Below are positions 14,679-24,379 of a stretch of DNA of 46,757 nt, in pieces. Each line of letters starts with the position of its first letter. The stretch's first letter is position 1. The notes below the pieces were generated by a model. That model was not told where the DNA came from. It ran no database searches and saw only the letters and a program-made list of their open reading frames with translations. The DNA is taken from assembly GCA_041748795.1 (NCBI GenBank), contig JBGTCM010000472.1, forward strand, positions 1-46,757, written 5' to 3'. Origin of the DNA: Pyrinomonadaceae bacterium (GTDB lineage Bacteria; Acidobacteriota; Blastocatellia; Pyrinomonadales; Pyrinomonadaceae). Both the position numbers and the translations under genes were made by a program.

Positions 14679-15227
14679 AAAACCCTCCCAATAGGTTGTT
14701 TAGGTACTACGTCGCGCAAGAGATAGGACTGCTAAGTGAGACTGAGAAAACTACCGTTCATTTGATGAAAAGCGCGGGAAACGATATTCCTCACGGCGCG
14801 GAGTGTCAATAAAAGCAGAACGAACTAGCGGACGGTTGATTTGCACGGGAGCACCAGTGCTGTGCGGTTTCGTTACGAGTCGTGGATTAATGAACGCTAA
14901 ATCAATCAAATCTGACAAGTTTTCAGCAGGGGCCCAGAAACGTGCTTCCATTCTGGATTCGAGGTTAGTGGGAGAGCGGTCAATAAATAATTTGCTAGCA
15001 AAGGCTTTACGCCCGCAGCACAGTCGATCAAAGAGACAGCGACAAGATCGTTCGTCAAGACGCTATCAGCAATAAATTCTTGAACGTTAGTCCGAGACAC
15101 GCCCTTTTTGATCCTGCAAAACTTTTGATCGTTTCGATTCCCATCGTCGCGCAGCCAAAATTGTTCGCTAAACTATTACGATTCTCTCGAAATCGATCTT
15201 CTTCCGCAGGTAGGCGAAGCCAAAAAA

Positions 15228-17711
15228 CTAGAAAGTCTTCAAAAATTCGATCAGCGCGCGCTTGTCTTCGTCGCTCAAGCCTGGTTCTCCGCCCGGAAAT
15301 TGATGGGTGCCGAAATAGTGGCCTCGGTTTACAACCAGGTCGGGGCACTTGCTGAGTTTAAGTAGCTGCGGCACGAGGGGCGTTAGAACTCGTGTCGCCT
15401 CTTGATCACTGGCTCCGCGCGGCAGGGCCTTTAGTGCCCTCTTTACTTCCAGCAGAAGTTTCAATATCTCTGCATCATATTTCCCGCGCTCCAGGAGACT
15501 CGAACCCTCGTACAGAATATTCAGGTTCGCAAGCAGGCTAACAGGCGTGCCCTTAGGCAACGGACCAATCTCGATACCTTCGTCGCCAACTAACCAAGGA
15601 AGATAGCGGGAGAAGAAACCGCCGGATCCCTGAAGGAAGTCGGGAAGGAAACCCGCGCCGACCCTTAGATAGCTCTGTTGGGTAGTGCGATCGATGGCGC
15701 CGGGAATCTTGTCTCCCAGCACCGAGTCCTTGTCACGTTTCTCGGGCCAGAGCATTTGCTCAATCGAATTCTGAAACGACCGCATACGTGCATCTACCGA
15801 TGGACTCTCTTCAAACTTGCCGACGCTGTTGTTTAGTAAGAACGGCGCCGTGGACCACAAACTGATTAGAGAAGGCGGCCGAGTGTAACCACGACCACCG
15901 GCGGGCATCTCATACTCATGCGGAGCGCCGGTCACAGGATCGTACCAGGTGATTTTGCCAACCGAAGGGAGGTCTTTATACGACTGCGAGGAGAAGTTGT
16001 CCCAGATATTCCCGCCGATTGCGTTGGTTGCCAGCGGACTACATGCGTTGGTCTGTAACAACGTCACCGGAACTCTGAATTCGGTGGAAAGGTAGTTGTC
16101 TTTCAGGAAGTCGTCGGCGAGTACGATGTTTCGCATCTTCGCCTTGAAGTCTTCGGTTTGGGTCCATGCCCAGTACTTGTTCCAACAATTGAGATAGTCC
16201 TTACCATTGCAACCTCGGGCGTCGTCGACTCCCGGAGCGGGCTCTGGGACCTTGCTGGAGTGACAACGTGCGCAGCGCTCAGCAAACACCGTCTTGCCGC
16301 GTGTGAGTTGGGCCTGGTCTTTGGTGAGATAGGCCTCACCACCAGGGGCGTCCTTCAGATAGTGAGGCTCCGTCGTCGCAAGGAAAAACGCAGCCATGTT
16401 CATCGTCTGATTCTCGGTGGCCTCGAAGTAACTCGAGTTGCGTCGCGAGACCGAGATCTCAATTGGCGTAATACGCTTGCCGCCCACCAGGGGATTGAAA
16501 TGAAGCAGCCACTCCTCGCTGAACACTCCGATGTTTATGTAGACGCGGTTCAACGCGCCGAGTGCGCCAACAGAATCCGAACCGTCTTTTAAGACTCGTG
16601 GCGTGTAAACGGTGTCCGGAGGCTCGAAATATTTAGTGAGTGGTCCATCCTTTACGTACTCGTTGAATTGCCGGTTATCTTTTCCCCCACCCGCCAGAGT
16701 TTCCTTGCCCCAGCGTTTGGCCAGCTCCAAACGCGGCCCGAGAAGGTACATGGCGTTCATGGTTCTTGGGTTGTTGATGCTGTCGGTCGAGACTAGTGAT
16801 GTGTCCAGGGTTCCCGGTCGGGACGTATGGAACAACTGAAAGATGAAATTGCTTTCGTCTTTTTCCCAATAGAAGATTCTGTCGATCCAGAAGTATTGTG
16901 CGCCGACGTTGGAGCTCAGATTTTCCCACTTCGGATTCTCGGCGTCAGCGGGAGGCTTGATCGGATTTGGACCAACGTGACAAAAGCCGCACGACATTCC
17001 CACGCGATACGGTCGCACCAGGTCTTTCGAATAGTAGTAAGAAGGATCCGTGTAGTATCTCTCCGCATCCCATTTTTGCGCGGCGGCTTCGTCAAAGTCA
17101 GGATTCGTAAACAAACGTAAGCCGACAATCCCGGTTTCGTATCCGTAATACGAGCCGACCTCCATATTCTTACCGCGAGAGCCGATTTTCACACCCGGAT
17201 ATTTTTGCTCATTCTCAAATGGCTCAGGCGGACAATCGGCGCGGCGCTTATCAAGCCAGAGGTTAAAGCGCTTGGGATCCGGAGCTGTTGCCTTTTCAAA
17301 GCACGGAGAATTAACGAGTCCGAAATACTTCCAGCGATTATCCCGGCTGAATTGGTATTTACTCTGGAGATTCGGATGTGAGGAAAGGATCTTTAGAAAG
17401 TCGAGAGCGCCGACGCTGGCGTTGACCATCTTGTCCCAAAACCTGTCATTGCCGGCGGTCCAAACAATCCAGGTGTTACGGCCTTTTACCTGTTCGGGTG
17501 TCAGCGGCAACCCGCCGTCCATATCATGAAAGAAATCTTCATCCGCAGCCGGGAAGCTGGTTGCTGCTCGTCCGGCTACGCGCGCCTCGTCAGGCACCTC
17601 ACCCGACTGTGGTCCATCCGACCTAATCCATTTGACGAGCACTACGCCACCAGCGACGACGGCGAGCACCACGACAATGATCGTTAACCTGAGGCGAGAC
17701 TTGGTAGTCAT
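15228..17711 (-). CDS. Membrane-anchored c-type cytochrome family protein with two CXXCH heme motifs, 827 aa
   Basis: N-terminal signal-anchor LTIIVVVLAVVAGGVVLV. Heme c motifs CGFCH and CARCH. The precise family was not recognised. Confidence 0.6.
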   Translation of the reverse strand: MTTKSRLRLTIIVVVLAVVAGGVVLVKWIRSDGPQSGEVPDEARVAGRAATSFPAADEDFFHDMDGGLPLTPEQVKGRNTWIVWTAGNDRFWDKMVNASVGALDFLKILSSHPNLQSKYQFSRDNRWKYFGLVNSPCFEKATAPDPKRFNLWLDKRRADCPPEPFENEQKYPGVKIGSRGKNMEVGSYYGYETGIVGLRLFTNPDFDEAAAQKWDAERYYTDPSYYYSKDLVRPYRVGMSCGFCHVGPNPIKPPADAENPKWENLSSNVGAQYFWIDRIFYWEKDESNFIFQLFHTSRPGTLDTSLVSTDSINNPRTMNAMYLLGPRLELAKRWGKETLAGGGKDNRQFNEYVKDGPLTKYFEPPDTVYTPRVLKDGSDSVGALGALNRVYINIGVFSEEWLLHFNPLVGGKRITPIEISVSRRNSSYFEATENQTMNMAAFFLATTEPHYLKDAPGGEAYLTKDQAQLTRGKTVFAERCARCHSSKVPEPAPGVDDARGCNGKDYLNCWNKYWAWTQTEDFKAKMRNIVLADDFLKDNYLSTEFRVPVTLLQTNACSPLATNAIGGNIWDNFSSQSYKDLPSVGKITWYDPVTGAPHEYEMPAGGRGYTRPPSLISLWSTAPFLLNNSVGKFEESPSVDARMRSFQNSIEQMLWPEKRDKDSVLGDKIPGAIDRTTQQSYLRVGAGFLPDFLQGSGGFFSRYLPWLVGDEGIEIGPLPKGTPVSLLANLNILYEGSSLLERGKYDAEILKLLLEVKRALKALPRGASDQEATRVLTPLVPQLLKLSKCPDLVVNRGHYFGTHQFPGGEPGLSDEDKRALIEFLKTF

Positions 17712-17773
17712 GGAATAAACCTCCTGCCCGATATGAGGGGCTAGACTGTTGAAAGTCTGGACAGTTGTTTACA

Positions 17774-19282
17774 TCACATCTGCGAGGTTGATCCTGCCCG
17801 GGCAAAATATCGCAACGCGCGAAGGCTCGGCAGGAAGAAGTATGCGCCGCCACGCACGAACACAAATTGAGGCAGGCCGGTAACACGACGGCGCAGGCCA
17901 TTCTCCTGAGGAATCGAAAAAGTATCCGTATGTGGGCAGCCGAGAACCGGCGCGCGGTTTCCTAGTAGTGGGTCACTCTCTTCGGTCAGTCCGTTAAACT
18001 TTGTGCTCATACACCAGGCGCTCTGAACAAACTCAAACTGCCTGGCGATGTTGCTGTTGAGGCAAACGAAGTGTAAGCCGCGTTCAGGATCATTTGGCGG
18101 TGCAGGATCGAGAGCTTCCGGCACAAAAAGGTCGGGGCCGTATTCCCGACCGCGCCGCAGGATGCGATGGAAACGAGTCGGGGCCATGAGATCGTCCCTG
18201 ATGTCTTTTCGGCCAAAGCCGAGAATTCGAACGAGGCGAGAAATCAGTCCTTTTACGGGCTGCGGAAAATCGGCATTGCGCGGATTGGCGCGTCGGATAT
18301 GGGAGCCTATTGGGCATTGATTGCCGCCGTCGTCCCCCTGATATGTGTACTGGTTGTAGCTGATGTCCAATTGATCTGGACCAACGCCGTCGATCGGATT
18401 GCACAATGCCAACAGGGGCGCTCCATCCATGGTCCGCCCGACCATGGCTTCGGCCAACTTTTGGCGTGCCTGAGGATTCGATCCGGTAGCCGTGTCGAGA
18501 AAACGCCAAAAACCGCGTACGTCCTGTTCGAGCTGTCGCATCACCAGGTATGTACCGTTGCGGGCAAGGTCTTTCTTGTTGGTTTGGTCTTCGGCGGGTA
18601 ACAGTAAGCTGGTCGTGTCAGTCGTGTCGAGCAGCGGCCGGTCTGTGTACTCGCCATATTCGTTTGGATAGCCAAGCAGGAATTCGCCCAACGCCAGCCT
18701 GTTGCTATATTGAAGCTGATCTCCTGAGACTTTTCGTTTGCGATCAAAATCAACGGTCGGTTGGCTTATCCCGTCCACGAAACCGAAGGGCTCTCGTTCA
18801 CCTAGCTGCGAGGTTGCCATGCGTTCAATCACCTGGAAAGCCGCGTCCCAGCCTTCGCCCTTAACCGACTGCTCCCAACTGGACAGTTCCTGTTTGGCAT
18901 AGATCATGATGAGCAGATGTGGGAGCTTTTCTGCGTGACCCCATCGCCAACAATTGGGTGAGTTAGCGCCGTTGTCTCCAAGACGCTGCGATCGGTTTTC
19001 GTCTCCAGTCATTCCGGAAACGAACTCCGAAGAGAACCCTCTAATCACCTCTTCGGGCAGACCCAGCGTTTTGAGTCCTTCGCTTGTAAATGCGATCTGC
19101 AACGCCCGGGTCGGAGGCGGGCTCTTCTCTTCTGCAGTTGTCACCGGCGCCGATGTCAGCCATGCACTGGCGGCGGGAACATCCTTTACCTTCACGAGGT
19201 AAAAGCAGCACTCGGTCATTCCGCCAAAACCGTAGCGAACCAGACCTTGCACATCGCTGTAGTCAACTGCGTTAAGCGTCAT
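17774..19282 (-). CDS. DyP-type (dye-decolorizing) heme peroxidase, 502 aa
   Basis: N-terminal DVQGLV-type start. GXXDG motif in FGFVDGISQP. Proximal-His region GSHIRRANPR. C-terminal ILRRGREYG..GLHFVCLNSNIARQFEFVQ. Confidence 0.8.
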   Translation of the reverse strand: MTLNAVDYSDVQGLVRYGFGGMTECCFYLVKVKDVPAASAWLTSAPVTTAEEKSPPPTRALQIAFTSEGLKTLGLPEEVIRGFSSEFVSGMTGDENRSQRLGDNGANSPNCWRWGHAEKLPHLLIMIYAKQELSSWEQSVKGEGWDAAFQVIERMATSQLGEREPFGFVDGISQPTVDFDRKRKVSGDQLQYSNRLALGEFLLGYPNEYGEYTDRPLLDTTDTTSLLLPAEDQTNKKDLARNGTYLVMRQLEQDVRGFWRFLDTATGSNPQARQKLAEAMVGRTMDGAPLLALCNPIDGVGPDQLDISYNQYTYQGDDGGNQCPIGSHIRRANPRNADFPQPVKGLISRLVRILGFGRKDIRDDLMAPTRFHRILRRGREYGPDLFVPEALDPAPPNDPERGLHFVCLNSNIARQFEFVQSAWCMSTKFNGLTEESDPLLGNRAPVLGCPHTDTFSIPQENGLRRRVTGLPQFVFVRGGAYFFLPSLRALRYFARAGSTSQM

Positions 19283-19289
19283 GCATTCA

Positions 19290-20594
19290 TTAGAAAAGTG
19301 CGAGCCACTCCTTGGCCTCTTTGTCCGTCATTGACTGTCGCTCAAGCCCTTGCCGAATCAGCGCGTTTCGTCGGAGATCAAAGTTAGTCAGGCCGGAGTG
19401 CCCGTTGTACCAAACATCCGTCGCCAACTCGTGACGGCGAATGAAATTCTTAAACCTCTGCTCATCCTTCGCACCGTTGAACACCAGCCAATTAGTATGC
19501 GGATACCCGATTCCATTACTGAAGACCAGGTTTAGTCCAAAGGAGACCTTGTTAATGAAGTCGTCCATGTAACTCTCGAGGCTGCCGTCGTAGTTACTGC
19601 AAAAGATTAGGCGCCTTTTATTATCGAGAAAGACCCACCGCGCGAAATGAATTGAAGGGACCCGCGCGAGCTGGCCGCGGTTGTAGATGTGGCGCGTCGT
19701 GTACTGGACCAGCCATAAATAAAACACCAGCGTCCAACGACGAAAAAGACCAGGCTTTAAACTGCCCATCGCGCTGAACTGGTTGGTAACATCGTGGTCC
19801 TCCAACTCGGCAAGCCTCCTGCCGTGGGCGGCATCGACACGCGGCGCGATTTCGAGATCACGTTTCTCGCGCCGGCGGAGTTGGAAAATGAAAAAAGGAA
19901 GATAAATGAGTATGAGCGGAGTGAAAAACAGCAAGACCAGCGGAACGCCAATCAGGTGCAATGTATTCCGGAGCCTCTGGCTAAAGCGCGTCGCCTCGGG
20001 AGAAGTTAACTTTAGACGCCCGGCGATCACTTCCGATCTCACAAACGCTTCGATGGCAGCGTGCATTGCTCTTGGAGACTGTTTCTCTAGTTCCGCCGCC
20101 TGCTCTTGCAGATAGCCCTGGATGACAGTTCGCAACGCGTCCTCTTCGCGGATCTGTCGCATCGTTCGTCCGGCCCAGTTAACGTACATCGTGGCGGGGC
20201 GATGCTCATGGTCCTTCATCCAACGAAGCAGATCGCTGTCCGCGCGAAAGTCTTCGCAAAAGGAAAAAATCCGGCGCAGGCCATCGCCGCTTTGCTCAAC
20301 CAGTTTTTTGAGAAAGCGACTGGCGTCGCCGTCAAAATCGCCCAGGAATGCGAGGTAGGTTGGATAATCTCGCCGCGGCAATCCATAGGCGGTCGTAACG
20401 TCATCCAGAGTCTGATCTTCGAGGATTACAAGGCGAGCGAAATGCAGTTCTTCAAACCGGCCGAAGGGGACCACTCCGTTATTCGGATCCGCCCAACCCG
20501 GCGCCTGATTCATGGATGACAGCAGGTTTCTTAACTCTCCGATGCGCGGAGGGTGGAGAGGTGCAACTACCATGAAACTCGCTTGTGGAGTCAT
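19290..20594 (-). CDS. Hypothetical membrane protein with two homologous HFAR-containing halves, 434 aa
   Basis: Long ORF ending 7 nt upstream of the DyP gene. Hydrophobic segment LHLIGVPLVLLFFTPLILIYLPFFIF. Internal repeat HFAR..L.F...[FY]DG....GL...FS (details in findings). Confidence 0.7.
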   Translation of the reverse strand: MTPQASFMVVAPLHPPRIGELRNLLSSMNQAPGWADPNNGVVPFGRFEELHFARLVILEDQTLDDVTTAYGLPRRDYPTYLAFLGDFDGDASRFLKKLVEQSGDGLRRIFSFCEDFRADSDLLRWMKDHEHRPATMYVNWAGRTMRQIREEDALRTVIQGYLQEQAAELEKQSPRAMHAAIEAFVRSEVIAGRLKLTSPEATRFSQRLRNTLHLIGVPLVLLFFTPLILIYLPFFIFQLRRREKRDLEIAPRVDAAHGRRLAELEDHDVTNQFSAMGSLKPGLFRRWTLVFYLWLVQYTTRHIYNRGQLARVPSIHFARWVFLDNKRRLIFCSNYDGSLESYMDDFINKVSFGLNLVFSNGIGYPHTNWLVFNGAKDEQRFKNFIRRHELATDVWYNGHSGLTNFDLRRNALIRQGLERQSMTDKEAKEWLALF

Positions 20595-20600
20595 TTTGTA

Positions 20601-20620
20601 GGACAGACATTGCTGCCTGT
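20601..20620. repeat. Copy 2 of the dispersed hairpin repeat, ggacagacattgctgcctgt
   Basis: Sits 6 nt upstream of the 434-aa gene start. It matches 17 of 19 bases of the reverse complement of 43567-43585. Confidence 0.6.
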
Positions 20621-20686
20621 TGAAGATTGCTAAGAGATCCGTGGGACCGAACCGTCCTTGCTAATCGTGAGACAACCGGAAACGGT

Positions 20687-21148
20687 CTATCCTACTGACC
20701 CAGACGCAGAGGCGGTCGGAAACTGCAGTGCGAAATGGATCAGAGGCTTATCGCCCCAATAGACTTTGCCTAAATAGAAACCTTTGTCTATCTCTCGGAT
20801 CTCATCGCGAATCCAGCGGGCGACAAGGGACGTATCAGAATAATCGAGCACGATGCACTCCTTCTTGTCGTACCAACTTGGCTCTTTGTAGACGCGGGCA
20901 ATGATTGCACTTAGACCGAAGGGCAGTATGCGGTTCCTCAGCAACCCCTTCTTCGCGTCGAAAGTTTTGCCCTGCCAGGCAAAGAGGCCAACCATCTCGG
21001 CAATCTCCGAACTAAAGCTGGTGCCATTGGCCACTATGGCGGTGCCTTTAGCCTCGCCGTCTGGGATCTCTCCAGCGACACTGGCGGAGAAAAGTGCGTC
21101 GAGCTGCTCATCAGTCATGTCCAATAACTCTTCAACTTTGGGGGCCAT
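20687..21148 (-). CDS. Hypothetical protein, 153 aa
   Basis: ORF with an ATG start, co-directional with the DyP cluster. Any resemblance to GXWXG/DUF4334-type proteins is loose and unverified. Confidence 0.55.
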   Translation of the reverse strand: MAPKVEELLDMTDEQLDALFSASVAGEIPDGEAKGTAIVANGTSFSSEIAEMVGLFAWQGKTFDAKKGLLRNRILPFGLSAIIARVYKEPSWYDKKECIVLDYSDTSLVARWIRDEIREIDKGFYLGKVYWGDKPLIHFALQFPTASASGSVG

Positions 21149-21389
21149 ATTTTTTACCCTCCTTTAGCAGTGTTTTTAGATCGGATGTGGGTTTTCCGAG
21201 GTCATGATTGTTGGAACTGCAAAAACTGGAGTGCAAATTGAGGGCGGTCGCGCCCGCTCGATTCGCGGTGGTCCAGGTATCAGGTTGGACCGGTTGAGTG
21301 TTTGAGACGGCAAGACGATATGAGGAGACGTTTTATTTGTCAACATTTTTGCGCACCGTTACCCAACCGGTATCTCCGTACGATTCCGC

Positions 21390-23267
21390 CTATCTGGACT
21401 TCGCCTCAGCGAGAATTACGTCGGCCGCTTTTTCGGCAATCATGTAGATTGCACTCACAATAAAAAACCCGGGGATGCGAGGAAAGACCGAAGCGTCGAC
21501 GACGCGCAGTCCCTGGGTCCCATGCACACGGAAGTTGCTGTCAAGCACACCGTTTTGCTCACGAGGACCGATCGCGCAAGTGCACGAAGCATGGTGTCCC
21601 CACGCATTGCAACGCACGAAGTCTCTCAATTGATCTTTGGTCTGAAATTCCAATCCCGGCGATTCCTCCTCGGCAATGAGCTTTTCTTCTCGGAGCCTCT
21701 CGCTCAGCCTGCGGACGAATTGAATCCCCTCGACCACCGCGTCCAGGTCCGCTTCCCCTCCTTCCTCGAAATAGCGAAAGTTGATGCGTGGCGTGTCATG
21801 CGGATCTGATGAGCGCAGCACGACCTCTCCTTTCCGGTTTTGCGTGTGCGCTTTGAGAATGCACCAGGTTAGGTAGTTCAGGTTCTTGGGAAACAAGTCG
21901 GAATAACCGGGGAAATAGCCCTTAAACTGCGCCAGCAGCGCCATGCAGAAAAGATCGGGAAGAACGCCTGCCTTCTGCGACCGCGTGAACATGGTAAGTA
22001 CGGCGCCGTTAGTTGCGTAGATTCCGCGCCGCTTGGTTGACCACTCAGCAAATTGGGAATCAGTCCGATCAAACTTCACGTCTTGATATATTTGCCAGTC
22101 GTCCTTCATCCGGTTGACCACGCCGACTTCATAACGGTCCTGCAAATTCTTTCCGACACCCGGAAGCTCTACACGCACGCGAATGTTGTTGCGCTCCAAC
22201 ACATCACGTGGGCCAATACCCGAGAGCATAAGAAGCTGAGGCGAATTAAAAGCGCCACCGGCCAAAATAACCTCGCGAGAAGCATAGATTTGGCGAAGCT
22301 CGCCCGGCTGATCGCTGGGCCGCGAATGTGCGCGATAAAGCCGTTCGCCCTTGCGATACTCAACTCCGATCGCGCGATTCGTCTTATCGAATAAGACTCG
22401 TGTCGCTAATGCGTTAAGTTCGATTCTTAATCGGTCGGGATACTTGCGGGCGATTTCCAGCACGCGCTCACGCGTCCCTGTGCGGGCATGGTTGCTCGTC
22501 GTCAACGGCAGATAGCGCATGCCAATTGAATTGTCCTTAACGAGCCGCCAATCATTTGGATCAAGTTGGCCCTGGAATAACCACCGCACGCGTTTGATCT
22601 TCTCGCCGATACCGATGAAAGCTTCGTGGCCGGAGTCAAGGATAACTTTCGCCAACGCCTTGTTATGCATCGCTGACATTGGGATCGACTTTTCTGTTCG
22701 CAGCCAACCATTCCACCCGTGTCTTGTGGGATTGATTCCAATCTTGGCCAGCCAACGATGCAAGGGCCGATGATGGCAGTTTTCCAGTCGCTCAAAATAA
22801 GCGCGCATTTTGTCGGGAGCCCAAGTCGAATCACCGGTGAGATCGGCAATGTAGTCCCAATCGCCATTATGTGGATAGATCAAGATCATCGCGTTATGGG
22901 CGGTGCATCCTCCCAGGGTGCCGGCGCGAGGGTATAAGACGCCATCCACAGGCTTGTCATCCCACTTTGCGTAGTACTTATCGTCCTTACACTGAACTTC
23001 GTCGTCGGTGTAGTGACGAACAAAGAAGTCCCACTTCATGGCTGCATTCTCAGAAGCAAACGCATGAAATGCCGGTACATCGTAGTCGCTCGGCATTCGG
23101 CTGCCGGACGCATCTCCGTCGCCGGGTTGCTTCGAGTCGCATCCTGCTTCGAGCAAGATCACAGTGCGGCCGGCTTCGGCCAGACGCGCTGCCAGAGTGC
23201 CGCCACCCGCGCCTGAACCGACGACGATGTATTCGCAATCAGTTTTGAGTTGGGTTTCGGAAAGCAT
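21390..23267 (-). CDS. GMC-family FAD oxidoreductase (choline dehydrogenase / aryl-alcohol oxidase-like), 625 aa
   Basis: N-terminal FAD fold VVGSGAGGGTLAARLAEAG. C-terminal GMC region GHHASCTCAIGP..VLDSNFRVHGTQGLRVVDASVFP. Confidence 0.85.
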   Translation of the reverse strand: MLSETQLKTDCEYIVVGSGAGGGTLAARLAEAGRTVILLEAGCDSKQPGDGDASGSRMPSDYDVPAFHAFASENAAMKWDFFVRHYTDDEVQCKDDKYYAKWDDKPVDGVLYPRAGTLGGCTAHNAMILIYPHNGDWDYIADLTGDSTWAPDKMRAYFERLENCHHRPLHRWLAKIGINPTRHGWNGWLRTEKSIPMSAMHNKALAKVILDSGHEAFIGIGEKIKRVRWLFQGQLDPNDWRLVKDNSIGMRYLPLTTSNHARTGTRERVLEIARKYPDRLRIELNALATRVLFDKTNRAIGVEYRKGERLYRAHSRPSDQPGELRQIYASREVILAGGAFNSPQLLMLSGIGPRDVLERNNIRVRVELPGVGKNLQDRYEVGVVNRMKDDWQIYQDVKFDRTDSQFAEWSTKRRGIYATNGAVLTMFTRSQKAGVLPDLFCMALLAQFKGYFPGYSDLFPKNLNYLTWCILKAHTQNRKGEVVLRSSDPHDTPRINFRYFEEGGEADLDAVVEGIQFVRRLSERLREEKLIAEEESPGLEFQTKDQLRDFVRCNAWGHHASCTCAIGPREQNGVLDSNFRVHGTQGLRVVDASVFPRIPGFFIVSAIYMIAEKAADVILAEAKSR

Positions 23268-23291
23268 ATCTATTGGGTTGACTTAATGCGC

Positions 23292-24179
23292 TTAACTGTT
23301 TAATACTCGGCTGATTTCCCGGGCGAGTTTCTCGGGCGCCTCGAGATCAACAAAATGTCCGACGCCTGGAAGGGGTCTCCATTCCACTTCGCAGCCGGCG
23401 TCTTTGTGGCTTTTTAAAGCGACCTTTGCGGATAACGCTCCATCTTCCAAGCCCCAGATCAGAGTGACAGGAACGGTCATCGGTGTGTCATAGACAGCGG
23501 CAAGTTGAGCCCGCTTTTTGGGTATGAGCTGCGTCTTGACCATCTCGCGGTAGTAGTCGATCGGCGGCCGCGCATCAGCAGCCTTTTGGAAGCGCCCAAC
23601 AAGTTCATCTACAAGCTGCTCGTCCATCGTCCCTTTCTGCCCTTCCCGGAGCGTGAACGAAAGCTTTAGTAGCTTTCTGCCGAGTGCGCTGGAGAGGAAG
23701 GCCTCAGGAATCCAAGGCAACTCGAAAAACGGAACCCACGGTATGCGGAACGGCTGCCAATCCTCGAAGCGGAATAAGGCGCGGACCAAAGTTCTTGGAT
23801 GAGTACAGTTTATGACTACCAGCTTGCGAATGAGATTCGAATAGCGGTGCGCAAAGATCCAACCGAGCGCACCGCCCCAGTCGTGCGAAACAATCACCGG
23901 CCGGTCCAGCTCCAGTTTCTCGATCAAGGCCTTTATATCTTCAGTCAGAGTGAAGACGTCGTAGCCGCGGCGCGGACGATCAGTTCCCGGATAGCCCCGC
24001 AGGTCGGGTGCATAGATACGCGCGCCGGCCATTTTTTCCATCAACGGCCGCCAGCACATCGAGCCCTCTGGAAATCCGTGTAAACAAAGAATGGGTGGTG
24101 CGTCCTTCGGGCCGGAAAACGCGACGTGGAAGGTGATACCGTTGGCCTGCACGTGAAGATGCTCAATACTTGCTGTCAT
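23292..24179 (-). CDS. Alpha/beta hydrolase, epoxide-hydrolase-like, 295 aa
   Basis: LHGFPEGSMCWRP (HGFPE..W..W type oxyanion region). SHDWGGALGW (Asp nucleophile elbow). C-terminal GVGHF. Confidence 0.75.
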   Translation of the reverse strand: MTASIEHLHVQANGITFHVAFSGPKDAPPILCLHGFPEGSMCWRPLMEKMAGARIYAPDLRGYPGTDRPRRGYDVFTLTEDIKALIEKLELDRPVIVSHDWGGALGWIFAHRYSNLIRKLVVINCTHPRTLVRALFRFEDWQPFRIPWVPFFELPWIPEAFLSSALGRKLLKLSFTLREGQKGTMDEQLVDELVGRFQKAADARPPIDYYREMVKTQLIPKKRAQLAAVYDTPMTVPVTLIWGLEDGALSAKVALKSHKDAGCEVEWRPLPGVGHFVDLEAPEKLAREISRVLNS

Positions 24180-24379
24180 GATGGCAAGCTTCGGAACGTC
24201 AGCAGCTCAAGAGTTGTGAGCGCGAGGTGATCGCTGCTGGATCATCGAGTGCGTGGGCACTGTAAGCAAATAATGCCCCCTTGTCCAGATTTCTATCAAG
24301 GTCTCAGCAACACATATAGTCGCGGAACACTGCTGGCGAAAAAGATGCTAGACTATGCGACGCTTCTCACAGAAACCCC

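Noticed and set aside
14751-15100. Short minus-strand ORFs (14906-15100 and 14751-14951) in the AT-rich spacer, considered as a frameshifted toxin-antitoxin or other pseudogene.
   Set aside because: I could not match any motif (PIN, HEPN, RHH and so on). Without a homology search a pseudogene call would be invention. It is recorded only as a spacer anomaly in the findings.
18090-18601. 139-aa (-) and 144-aa (+) ORFs overlapping the DyP gene.
   Set aside because: Both are out-of-frame or antisense to an ORF carrying unmistakable DyP motifs. They are Arg/Ser/Pro-rich with no independent signals.
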